Below, in pieces: positions 36,001 to 53,970 of a stretch of 64,000 nt of DNA. The position numbers and the translations under genes are program-made. The notes under the pieces are model-generated. The model saw only the letters and a list, made by a program, of their open reading frames with translations. It had not been told where the DNA came from and did not search any database. The stretch's first letter is position 1; each line of letters starts with the position of its first letter. Source of the stretch: Felis catus (taxonomy: Eukaryota); the NCBI RefSeq assembly GCF_018350175.1, contig NC_058369.1:8556001-8620000 (forward strand). Direction: 5' to 3'.

Positions 36001-39000
36001 CAAATGACTCATCCCCCCGCCTCCCCGCCCAATGACATAAACAAAAGGCAAAGGGAGAATGTGATAGAATAAAAGAGACCTAAGAAATGAAAGACCAAGT
36101 GCCCTGGGGTGCCTGGGTGGCTCAGTCAGTTAAGCGTTTGACTTTGGCTCAGGTCATGGTCTCACGGTTCATGGGTTTAAGCCCTGTGTCGGGCTCCATA
36201 CTGACAGTGTGGATCCTGCTTGGGATTCTCTCTTGGCCCCTCCCTCATGTACACTTTTTCTCTAAATAAATTAATTAATTAAAAAAAAAAAAAAAAGGAA
36301 GGAAGACCAAGTGCCTTAATGGATGTTTGGATTTCAAAGAAACAACTGTAAAAAAAAAAAAAAAAACATTTAGGGACAATGGGGGGATTTGATTCTGGAC
36401 TAGGTATTTTTTGATATTAAGTAATTATTGCTGATTTTGTTGGAAAAGATTGTAGGCACAAGGTTATATTTAAAAAAAAAGTCCTTGTCCGGGGCGCCTG
36501 GGTGGCTCAGTCAAAGTCTCTGACTTCGGCTCAGGTCATGATCTCATAGTCTGTGAGTCCGAGCCGGGCTCTGTGCTGACAGCTCAGACCCTGGAGCCTC
36601 CTCCAGATCCTGTGTCTCCCTCTCTCTCTCTCTCTGCCCCTCCTCTGCTCACACTCTGTCTCTGTCTTTTTCAAAAATAAATAAATATTTTTTAAAAAGT
36701 CCTTGGCAGTTAAGGTGCATACCTAAGTATTTACGAGTGAAGTGACATCAGCATGGGATCTGTTTTCAAGTTATCCTGAAAAGACATTTTTGTGTCAAAT
36801 TCTTAATTGTTAAAAATCAGCAAGGGGTGTCTGAGGGCTCTTTATATCATTCTCTCTACTTTCCTGTGTGTCGGAAATTTTTCATACTAAAAAGTAATGC
36901 CCCCCAGAAAGATGTTAAAATGCAGTGTGTCCCAGAGCAGGGCCCACAGTAGGTGTCCAATAAATGCTCATTTCTCCTCTGACTTCCAGAACTCACAGCT
37001 TAGGGCGGTTCTTTCGATAGAATTGTCTGCAGTGGTGGAGACATTTTGCTACCCGCGCTGTCTACTATGGCTATGAGCACTAGAAATGTGGCCAGTGTGA
37101 CCAAATCGCTGACATTTTTATTTTAAGTTCAGTGTCTATAACCCCATGCGGCTAGTAGCTACCCCATTGGACCATTTAGCTCTAATGCCTTGAAATCAGC
37201 TGGCGAAATCCTGCAGGCAGAGGAAGAAAGACACTCAAAAAAACCAAGAGGGAAGACGGAGGGATAAAATATACATAAATAACCGAGACTTTGTCACCAG
37301 GGAGAGAAAAAAATAGCTGCTACTTTGTAAAGCAGAGAGGAATGTGGCCGCTTTAATCTGAGGATTAAAAGATGGGGGTTAGGGATTTAGATGCTTTTGT
37401 GATAGGGATCAGTTCGAACACAGATGGGTGAAAGATGATACTTTATAAGCAGGATGCAATTATTCAGTCAACAAATCTTGGTTGTTCCTGCCCCTGGGGA
37501 CAGAGTCTGCGACAAGGCCACTGAGTGCTCTGCAGAAAAATAAGGCTGGCGAGGACGCAGAGTAGGGGGATATATTTGCTGGGAGACGATCAGAGAAAGT
37601 AGGTCCGAGGAAGTGAACGGAGACCTGAATGAAGTAGGTAGATATTTTTCCCTCCCCCGCAAAGCTCTCTACAACACGGGTGGGCAAACTCGGTAAAGGA
37701 CCAGATAGCTTGCTGATGCCTCTTCTACAAGAAAATAGCAATCGCACTATGACTTTTTATGTATTTTCGTTACAGGTGGTAGATTCCAATAAGCGAGAAT
37801 CCGTGATAACAACAATAATGAAGATAATACTATTTGCCAAGCCCTCGCTGTTTACTTATATCCTTGTTTACTGTTGTCCTCCCTAGGGAACTGGGAGCTC
37901 TGTCCACTGTTATTTCCCAGAGCCAGTAGCTACGCATGTATTGAATGAATAAAGAGGTCAATCAGGCAAATACTATTATCACCCCCCTTTCACAGATGAG
38001 GAAACTGAGGCTCAGAGACTGAAGTGTCAAGGTCAGTCAGCAGATGGCAGAACTGGGATTTGAATCCGGCTCTCTGTGGCTCCTAGGGTAAGTAGCAATG
38101 GGAGGAGTTGTAGCTAGAAACACAGGGTGTCCTGACCCAATGGTAGAGTGTTTTTTGTGCTGAGGATTAGACAGATGCTAATATGTTAGACACAAGGTCC
38201 ATCTTACAGGTGGGGAAACTAAGGCTCAGACAGGGTTAAGAACTTTGCCCAAGATCTGTAGCAGCTCTGTGAGGGGAGAAGGCCCCTGGGGGACGGGTCG
38301 TGGAGAAAAAGTCCTGCTCAGGGCACTATCGTGCCCCATACTCCTCACCTGTCCACGCCTCAGGCTGTTCCTCGTCTTCCTGCTTTCGCTCGTCCTCTTC
38401 CAGGAAATCTCCCAGTAGCTTCTCTGCCTCCCGGGCCTCGGGCCCTGCTGGGGCCGCCCAGCCCAGAAAGGTGCAGACGCTGCCTAGGTCCGAGTGGGCA
38501 GGGGGAGCCCGGAAATCCTGAGGGTGATCCCGCAGCCAGGAGCCCAGCACGGACACCACAGCCCTGGTCAGAATGGAGGGCCTCAGAGCCCAGCCCAGAG
38601 CTCTGGACCTCGGGGGGCCCCTACACCTCAGATCGACCTTGGACCTCTAGGACCCCCTACCCTCACCTATGGGAGACCAACCTTAAGTTCTTGTTGACGG
38701 GCAGACCTCCTGCCTCTGTCTTCTTGATCTCTGTCCTGGGAAAAGCAATCCCCCATCAGGAGAAGAGGGAGGCTAGGGGGAGCTTAGGGGGAAGGAATGC
38801 AGGAGTGCGCACCCAAAGGAGAGTCTGGGGGTGAGAACACGGAGGTTACCCGTTGGTACTGACCCTGGAGGCAGGGGCGGTGGCGGTGGTGGCAGGAGAA
38901 GGCCCAGCACACGGGCAGTGGATACAAAGGCCCTGTGGGTGGCCAGGAAGGCAGGCACGAAGCCCGGGTCCTGCTCGTGGTCTCCAGACACCAATTCCCC

Positions 39001-40345
39001 CACCAGCCGCTCCAGCCTCGCGGCCCTCAGCGCCCGCACCTTGCTCGTGCGGTAATGGAGGAAGGCGTCCGCAGCCGGGCTGGAGGCCTGCAGGGCAAGG
39101 GGGGGGCGGGCAAAGGGACACAGAGGAGTGGCCCGGAGCACCCCCTTTCCAATTAAGCCCAGCGCTAAGCAGCGCTCTTACGTCTGGTCCCGCCCATTGC
39201 TCGGAATCCGGCCTCCTGGATTCATTATTCTGCTCCAGGCCCAAATGACCCTCGCAACTCGCCCGGGACCAGGTCGTCCTCCGGGCCCCGCCCCGCGCCC
39301 TCACTCACTCGCCCCCACCCCTCCCCGCGCGGCTCCCAGCTCTCCCGACGCGCTTCGCTGGTCTTTCCCGCCCCAGCCCTCCACCCCGGTCCGCTCTCAC
39401 CCGGCTGCCTCTAACGACGACCCCTCCCTCCAGCGCCGCCCACTAAGCCTGGCGGACCTAGGCCAGGCCTGGCGCACCCGCCGTCCAGTTTAGTCCCCAG
39501 GTCCCCGCTCCGGAAGCGCGCGGCCAACCGGCCCGCCGCGCGCCTCGACCCCATTCACCAGGCCGCCCCCGGGGCGCCTTTCTGCCGCGACCACGTCTGC
39601 CTCTAGGCCCCGCCCCTCCCTGGGGCTCAGCCCCGCCCCTCGGCTTCGCCCTCACCTGCGGGCTCCTCCACTCAGCCCCGCCCTCACCTGGTCGCCTGCG
39701 GCCCGGCTCCGCCCTCCGGCCCCTTCCTCACCTGGCTGCCCCCAGGCCCTTCCCTCGGGCTCGAGCGCTGACTGAGCTGCCGACGTAAGGACACGCTGAA
39801 CACCGCTCCTTCCTCGGTCTCCTCGCCCCAGTCCTGCAGCGGCGCCTGGACGCGGAGGCGGGCTGAGGGCGCCGCGGGGGGAGGGGGCCCGGGACCTCGG
39901 CGCCCCTCTCCCGCGAGGACTTAAGTCCGGGGCGAGGACTCCCGGCACCACTCCCCCTTCCCGGTCAGACTCTGCAAACTCGGGGCGGCGTCCCGGGCTA
40001 GGGAAGTCCCCTTGGCGCCGCGGGTACCCTCCTCCCTGGTCCTGAGAGGATGGAGTGGCATTCGGGAACGTCCTAGGGTCCAGGCTCACGGAGTCTGTCC
40101 CTGTCCCCTTCCCCCCCTCCCCCCAGATGAGCTCGGAGACGCCCCCATCCTTAAGAGGTTACCAGCCACTTCACTGGGTCAGGGACCGGGAGGCCGGGTT
40201 GGGAACCAAGTGTCCGATTTGAGGGGAGATAGGGTCCGGAAGGCGAGGCCCTGGAGCTTCGGGACCTTGGGATCGCCAGGGATGTGGCGTCCGGGACCCC
40301 TGGTCCCCTTACCAGGGCGAGGTCCTTGCCCGCTGTCCGATCCAT
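28003..40345 (-). CDS. RGL3: Ral guanine nucleotide dissociation stimulator-like 3 (RalGEF with REM, CDC25 and RA domains), 711 aa
   Basis: 19 exons (minus strand): 40345-40313, 39845-39732, 39087-38864, 38735-38682, 38563-38349, 34556-34414, 34326-34111, 33396-33293, 33163-33079, 31930-31874, 31765-31679, 31476-31444, 31363-31242, 30542-30447, 30345-30277, 30188-30092, 29458-29306, 29219-29105 and 28121-28003, total 2136 nt. Motifs include [36 protein letters not shown] and NLYRSIL...[11 protein letters not shown]. Confidence 0.96.
30014..30044. repeat. (CA)n microsatellite in RGL3 intron 16
   Basis: About 15 CA units. Confidence 0.9.
35150..35260 (+). mobile_element. Short Can-SINE variant
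   Basis: GGGGCGCCTGGCTGGCTCAA...GAGTTCAAGTCC followed by poly(A). Confidence 0.75.
35290..35339. promoter_or_regulatory. Divergent CTCF-like motif pair in RGL3 intron 5
   Basis: GCGCCCCCTAGGGG at 35290-35303 (minus-strand core CCCCTAGGGGGCGC) and CCACCAGGGAGCTG at 35326-35339 (+). The context resembles the start of MER20-family elements. Confidence 0.5.
36105..36297 (+). mobile_element. Can-SINE inserted in old L1-like sequence
   Basis: Canonical head and poly(A) tail, duplication AAGACCAAGTGCC. Confidence 0.88.
36491..36695 (+). mobile_element. SINEC_Fc-type element
   Basis: GGGGCGCCTGGGTGGCTCAGTC head, duplication AAAAAGTCCTTG. Confidence 0.88.
37003..37185. mobile_element. MER3-like hAT DNA transposon relic
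   Basis: Recognised motifs GAGCACTAGAAATGTGGCCAGTGTGAC and CATGCGGCTAGTAGCTACC. Family assignment is from memory. Confidence 0.55.
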
Positions 40346-40657
40346 GGCCAGTGCCCGTCCCGCTCCACGGCGCGGCTGAGTGAGGCGGAAGGGCCGACGG
40401 GCGGCGGGCAGTGGCCGGGCGTTGGGGCCCGTGGGGCAGGGCGGGGCGACCTGGCCGTGCAGGGGCGGGGCAGGACCCACGGCTCTCGGATGCCCCCAGC
40501 TGGACCCCAGCGCCAGCCCAGGCCCAGGGAAGAGAGGTCCAGGCTTTCCCTATAGGGGTATATCAATCTGTGCTCAGGTGAAAGGACACCTCTCTCTCCC
40601 AGGGAAGGGTTCTTTTCTGTGTCTCCAGGTGTGGGTGAGCCAGTGTGTACAGCTAAG

Positions 40658-40691
<34 letters not shown>

Positions 40692-40941
40692 CGGTCTGCG
40701 GCCCCAGGAGGAGTACCCTGTCCTCAAAGTGGACCACACCTGGTCCTCTCCAGGTGTGGAGGTATCTCCTATTTTCCTGTTGGTGGGGGTGCTCAATCTG
40801 TGTCCCCAGCTGATGGGAGTCCTCACTCCCCAGGTCAGAGAAGGTGGGGTCTACGGGCCCTGGATCTTAGGGGCGGCCGGTTCAGCTTGCAGCGGTGCAG
40901 GGTCAAGGAGAGGCAGATACCCAGGGGGCTGGTCGGTGACC

Positions 40942-40947
40942 TTTATT
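40942..40947 (-). terminator. ODAD3 polyadenylation signal
   Basis: TTTATT on + (AATAAA on -), about 220 nt after the ODAD3 stop codon. Confidence 0.75.
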
Positions 40948-41165
40948 GCGCTATTCCGAGGCCAGCGCGGGCCCGCCTTGGAAGATTTACTGTGGGAACG
41001 TCCGGCGGCTCGGCCCCCTTTTCTACTCCCGGCGCCACTGGCCTTCTCTGCTCCCTTGTGCCGGCCGCGTTTAGCCCTCCAAGGGGCCCGAGGGCCTGAG
41101 GCTGGACCCAGAACGGTTGGGAGCTCGCAAGGGCCCGGAAGCACCAGGTGGGTGTGAGCGTGAGC

Positions 41166-48671
<7,506 letters not shown>

Positions 48672-48699
48672 GACTAGGTTGGGGCCTAGAGCCCCTGGG

Positions 48700-49500
48700 G
48701 ATTTTAAGGTAGCAACCAGCAATCGCCCCTGCCAGAGATCCGTCGTCGACGCGGGTTCCTCAGGCTCAGGGAGAATGCACTTTCTGACTGCTTGGCGCGG
48801 CCTCGCAGCATCTCCCGGTTGCTAGGTAACCTCCGTCCCCTCCTCCTTCCAGCGCTCCCATGGAAACCGCCCGCGTTCCATACCACCACTCTCATTGGCT
48901 AGCGCTGCGCAGAGGGGCGGCCCAATAGGGGGCTGCCAAAGCCGCGCCTCAGGATATTGGGGGGAGGGTACTTTGGGGTCACGTGCTTACTTTTTTTTTT
49001 TTTTTTTAAGATTTGATTTGATTTTTAAGTAACCTGTATACCCAACGTGGGGCTCGTACCCACAGCTCTGATATCAAGAGTCGCAAGCTCCACAAACCGA
49101 GCCAGCCAAGTGTCCCCATGTTTTTGTTTTTTTCAATCCCCCTGTCCACCACTCCGCGGGCATCGGAGAGCATTTTTCAGGAACCTTCTTTTCCGGCTGC
49201 AGAATCTGCCACTCCCAAGATGGAGGCATCTTGTGCCGCCATTAAGCGGGAATCGTCACAACGATCCCCTCTAAGACTTCAGAGTCCTATTCAAGATGGC
49301 CGCCTGTGCTCCAGCCCATCCCCTCCTCCGCTTGCCACTCCCAACATGGCACCCTCGAGTCGCCGTTCCGAGCCGCGCGGCCTGATGTCGGAAGTGACGA
49401 GTCCTACACATTTCCGCTTTCTTTTTTCGGGAGGAACAGTTGGCTGCAGAGCCGGGGGGCGCGGTGGATATTGACCTTTGCCCCGGCCTCGTGTAGGTGG
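48700..49500. promoter_or_regulatory. Head-to-head ODAD3/PRKCSH promoter region
   Basis: ODAD3 side: X-boxes GTTGCTAGGTAAC 48818-48830 and GCTCCCATGGAAAC 48854-48867, CCAAT motifs at 48894 and 48922, GTCACGTG at 48978. PRKCSH side: YY1 CAAGATGGCCGC at 49292 and ETS CGGAAGTG at 49389. Confidence 0.8.
48990..49117 (-). mobile_element. Short Can-SINE inside the bidirectional promoter
   Basis: Poly(T), then GTGGGGCTCGTACCCAC...GAGCCAGCCAAGTGTCCCC, the reverse complement of a SINE head. Confidence 0.75.
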
Positions 49501-49939
49501 TGAATTAGCGCGGGGGGGGGGCTCACCCCAATTTCTTACTGGGGGCAGCCGGAGGGTGTGCGTCGGTAGAAAGGGAGACTGTTAACCCCTTCGGCCTATT
49601 GGCGGGAATTGGAGAGCTCACCATCCCCCCCCCAACAGTGAGCGGAGGTTTTGAGCCACTACTGATAAAAGCAAAGTGAGACTCCCTCTGGCTCAGATTG
49701 GGGAGCCCCCACCCCCCTATCGGAAGCACATTGAGCCCCCATTGCACGGAAGCGATGGAGGAATCCAATTGGCTGGAGGAAGAGGTAACTTCCTCTGGCT
49801 GGAAGTAGCCCTCTCCCACTGACCTGCCGTCCCTTTCTTGTCGCAGGGTGGGGAAACAGCACATCTCCCCGCAGCCGGCTTCCTCCTCCCCCCCCACCCC
49901 CCCGCCGAACCAGTTTCCGGCCTGCGAGCTTCCGGCGAG

Positions 49940-52900
49940 ATGTTACTGTTGCTGTTGCTGCTGCCCCTGTGCTGGGCCGTGGAGGTCAAGCGACCCCGGG
50001 GCGTCTCCCTCACCAGTGAGTCAGCCGCTGGAGGTGGCAGTAGGGTGTGGGAGGGCCCGACTTGAGCCTTGTGCCTCAGTTTCCTGGCCTCTGGGTAGGG
50101 AAGGTGGCAATGCTCAGTTGCCGGGTGGGGGGCAGAGGTGCCATTCGACTGAGAGGGCTGCTTCTGGCCCTGGGCTGAGCCCCTTACCCCCGTCCCCAGA
50201 CCATCACTTCTACGACGAGTCCAAGCCTTTCACTTGCCTGGATGGCTCTGCCACCATCCCTTTTGATCAGGTCAACGATGACTACTGTGACTGCAAGGAT
50301 GGCTCAGATGAGCCAGGTGAGGTTTTTTTTTTTCTTCGTTCATTCGTTCGTTCGTTCATTCATTCATTCATTCTTTCTCTCTTTCTTTCATTCATTCGCT
50401 CCTGTGTTGTTTGAGTGCCTGGGAAATACCAGGCCATGTGGTGGTGACCAAGATAGACCCAGCCCTGCCCTCACGTGGCTCCCTGTTGAGTGGGGGAAAG
50501 CAGGCACTTAGAAGCAAGTGGTTTGTGGTTTGGCGAGGAGGGCCACCGCCCCCGTGGGAGCCCAGAGGGGCCCCCACCTAGCCCGAGGGTCAGAAAGTGA
50601 GGTCTCAACTGCATCCCCAAGTGTGCGGACAGTGGAGGTGCCAATATTCAGGGATGGGAGAGCAGGTGGGGTCCAGGGGCGGACAAAGAAGTGGAGGCAA
50701 GGGACGGAGGTTGGCATGGCCCTGTTCTGAGCGCCCCGCACGGAGAGGCGGGAGGGGGCATCGGGGGGGTTTTATTTCAGGCCCTGAGTGTGGGGCTGCC
50801 CTTGCTTCCCTTCCTCCGCATCGGTCACGCTCTCACCTTTCACGTGCTGTCCACGTCGGGGAACGGGGGTCTGCCTGCGGGTGGATGCGGCATGCTGGCC
50901 CCGAGCACGGCCCGAAAACTCTCCCTTCCTCCCGCAGGCACCGCCGCCTGCCCCAATGGCAGTTTCCACTGCACCAACACTGGCTACAAGCCTCTGTACA
51001 TCTCCTCCCGATGGGTCAACGATGGAGTTTGCGGTGAGTGAGATCACCCCGGGGGTTGGGGGGGGGGAGGGAGGAAGGAGGAGCCACCGCCAGGTCTGAT
51101 TGAGTCCGTCCCCCCCCCCGCTTCTGCTCTCAGACTGCTGTGACGGTACAGATGAATACAACAGTGGGATCGTCTGTGAGAATACCTGCAAGTACGTGGG
51201 TGATGCCCCCTGCTCCCTGGACCTGGCCTCACCCCGGCCAGGGAACCAAGCCCCTTCTCTTTCCTGCTTTCGTGTGTCTGTACCACGCGTCTCGTGAACG
51301 AACGCTACATTGCCACGTGACCTCGGGCCCAGAAGCAGGTGCAGTTGTTTCCCTATTCAACAGATGGGGAGACTCCAGCGTAGAATGCAAAAAGTGACTT
51401 CCCCGGGTGTTCCTGTAGCTGGGAGATTTCCGAGCCAGGACTCGAACCCAGGCTCGGTCCAGTGCGGGACGCCGATCTTTCAGTTGCTGCACTCTTGAGG
51501 CAGGACCTGAAACCTGAAATGCCCACAGGCAGGTGGCCTGAACCGCAGAAGCCAGCGGAGTACGAGGCCGTGGGGAGTGGGAGGCGTTATGGCTTCTGAA
51601 GGGACAGTTGCCCCTGGACTCCTGTCAGTTGAGGGCAGATGGCCAAGCTACATTCGTTTTTCGGAGAAGCTGGAAGTCCCAGTACTTCTGTAAACTCACC
51701 TGACGGACGATCGTTTAAGTACGGGCTGGGTCAGGTGCAACACAGTCAGTGATCTTTTTGTCTGGGAATCTGTGATTTCAGTGCTTTTCTTTCTCTTTTG
51801 GGAGCCGACTTCTAGCCCCACATCCCAGCATTCCCCAGCCCCTTCCCTAGATCCCTAGAGTGGCTGAGGCTCTGACCACTGTGTTCCCTCCCAAGGACAG
51901 GGGTGATGGGCTCTGAAGCCAAGAGAGCCTGGGGAAGAGGGTTTGCCTTTGATGTTCCCAATGGGGAGGGGGGCCAGGGAGCAGCAGATAGGGGGCTGGG
52001 CCCTTTTGGAAGAGGCAGACCTGGTGAGCCCTAAGGGCGTCCTTAGTGGTGCCTGTGTGTCCCCTGCCCCGCAGAGAGAAGGGCCGTAAGGAGAGAGAGA
52101 CTCTACAGCAGATGGCAGAGGTCACCCGAGAGGGGTTCCGCTTGAAGAAGATTCTTATTGAAGACTGGAAGAAGGCTCGGGAGGAGAAGCAGGTGAGGGA
52201 CCCCTTGGGGCCGACCCAGGACCATCTGGGCCCTGAGGCCTGGAGCCACGGGCTGGCGAGGCTGGGTTGGATTGACTCCCGCCCCTGACTGGTGGAGTCC
52301 CGGGGCCAGTGACCGTCTGTCCGCTGGGTGTTTAGCCATCGGTGAAGCCATTCCCAAGTGCTGGTCAGTACAGGTGTCCACCAGGGCCTCGGGCGGCAGG
52401 CTGACGTGGGCTCAGAGGAGCGCCCCTCCTGCTTTTGAGAACAGGAGCGACGCCTCTCTGCATCCTGGTTCCGTGGTACCATCATCTGTAAGATGAGGCC
52501 GGTGACCACGTGACCTCCCGGTTCTGGGGGGAGGACTCAGGACATTGTCCGAGCAGCCGGGTTGGTTCAATAGGGTGAGTGCCGCAGGGACTGGAGGAAA
52601 CTGTGTCCCCGGGCATGTGTCTCTTCCTCCCCTGCCTGCCACCCCCTTGGCTGTTAGATGGGTCAGAATCCTCCACCTGCTCCCGGACTCCTGCCAGACC
52701 GCACAAGGGCTTCAGCTGTATTTTGCTGCCCAGGGAAGGTGCCAGGTCTTTCTCACCTCCGTGCCCTGGCCAGTGAGGTCCCTCCCGAGTTTGGGGTGGG
52801 GAGGGCAGCGGAGTCCTTTCTGAGTTCAGGGGCGAGTGGGGGCGCCATGCAGTGAGGTTGGCTCCAAGTGACCTTTGCCCTCCTGGGGCGGTAGGAGGGT

Positions 52901-53932
52901 CCCGGAAGCAGGCCCGGCTGAGGTGTTGGCCGAGGTCTGAGGAGGAAAATGATCCCGTGGGGGCTTGGGCTAAGACCCTTCAGCTTGGGGCCCCATCCAC
53001 GCAGCACACTCGTTCCTTCTCAGAATGTCCACAGAGGCCCAGGATGTGCCGGGTACTGGGCACGAGATTGCAAGCAGACCTGGCACTCCCTCAAGGGCAG
53101 GTCGTCCAGTGAGAGGAACAGACGACAAAGTGACACCCAGGGCCCCTGGAAAAAGGGACATTTGGGGCTATGAGGGGCCCGTGCCCGCCTCGTCTCCCTC
53201 TTCCCCCCGTTGTGGGGGCAGGAAGCAGGGAAGGCCCCTGGAGGAGGAGGAGGCGGCGGCCTCTATCTAAAGTGAAGTCCGGAGGGTCATATAGAATTGG
53301 CCACGCAGAGCGCTCTGGACGGGGGGGGGGGGGGGAAGCACGTGTGAAGGATTGGAGGCAGAGAGCATTTGGGGCTGTCTAACTGTTGTTGGGGTAGCCG
53401 TGGGCTACAGTTTGAGATAGCCGTGGGCAGATGCCGCAGAGGTGGGCCCGGTGATATGGGACCTCGGGGGCTACGTTGGGGCGTTCGGGTCTCTCTCCGG
53501 CGAGCCGTGGGGAGCCACACGAAGGGGGAGATCCAGGGAGGTGTGGGTGGGGGCCAGGTCGCCTGTGACCACCCTGTGGTGTGGCGGTAGGGGGGGTGGT
53601 GCTCGGGAGGAGGAGGGCAGCACGCGAGGAGAGGTGGAGCGTCGTGTCTTTGGCCCACGCAGGAGAAGCTCGCCGAGCTGCAGGCCGGAAAGAAGTCCCT
53701 GGAGGACGAGGTGGAGGTGCTGCGAATGGCGAAGGAGGAGGCTGAGAAGCCAGAGAAGGAGGCCAAGGACCGGCACCAGAAGCGGTGGGAAGGTGCGTCA
53801 TGGGGTGGCCACGGCTGGCCCGTGTCTCCTGCCCGGGAAGAGCCTGGGCCCGGGAGACTCTTACTCGTTATCGTCATCTGCTGTTTCTTGCGTCTACCAG
53901 CCTTTTTTTTTTTTTTTTTTTAATTTACTTAT

Positions 53933-53970
<38 letters not shown>

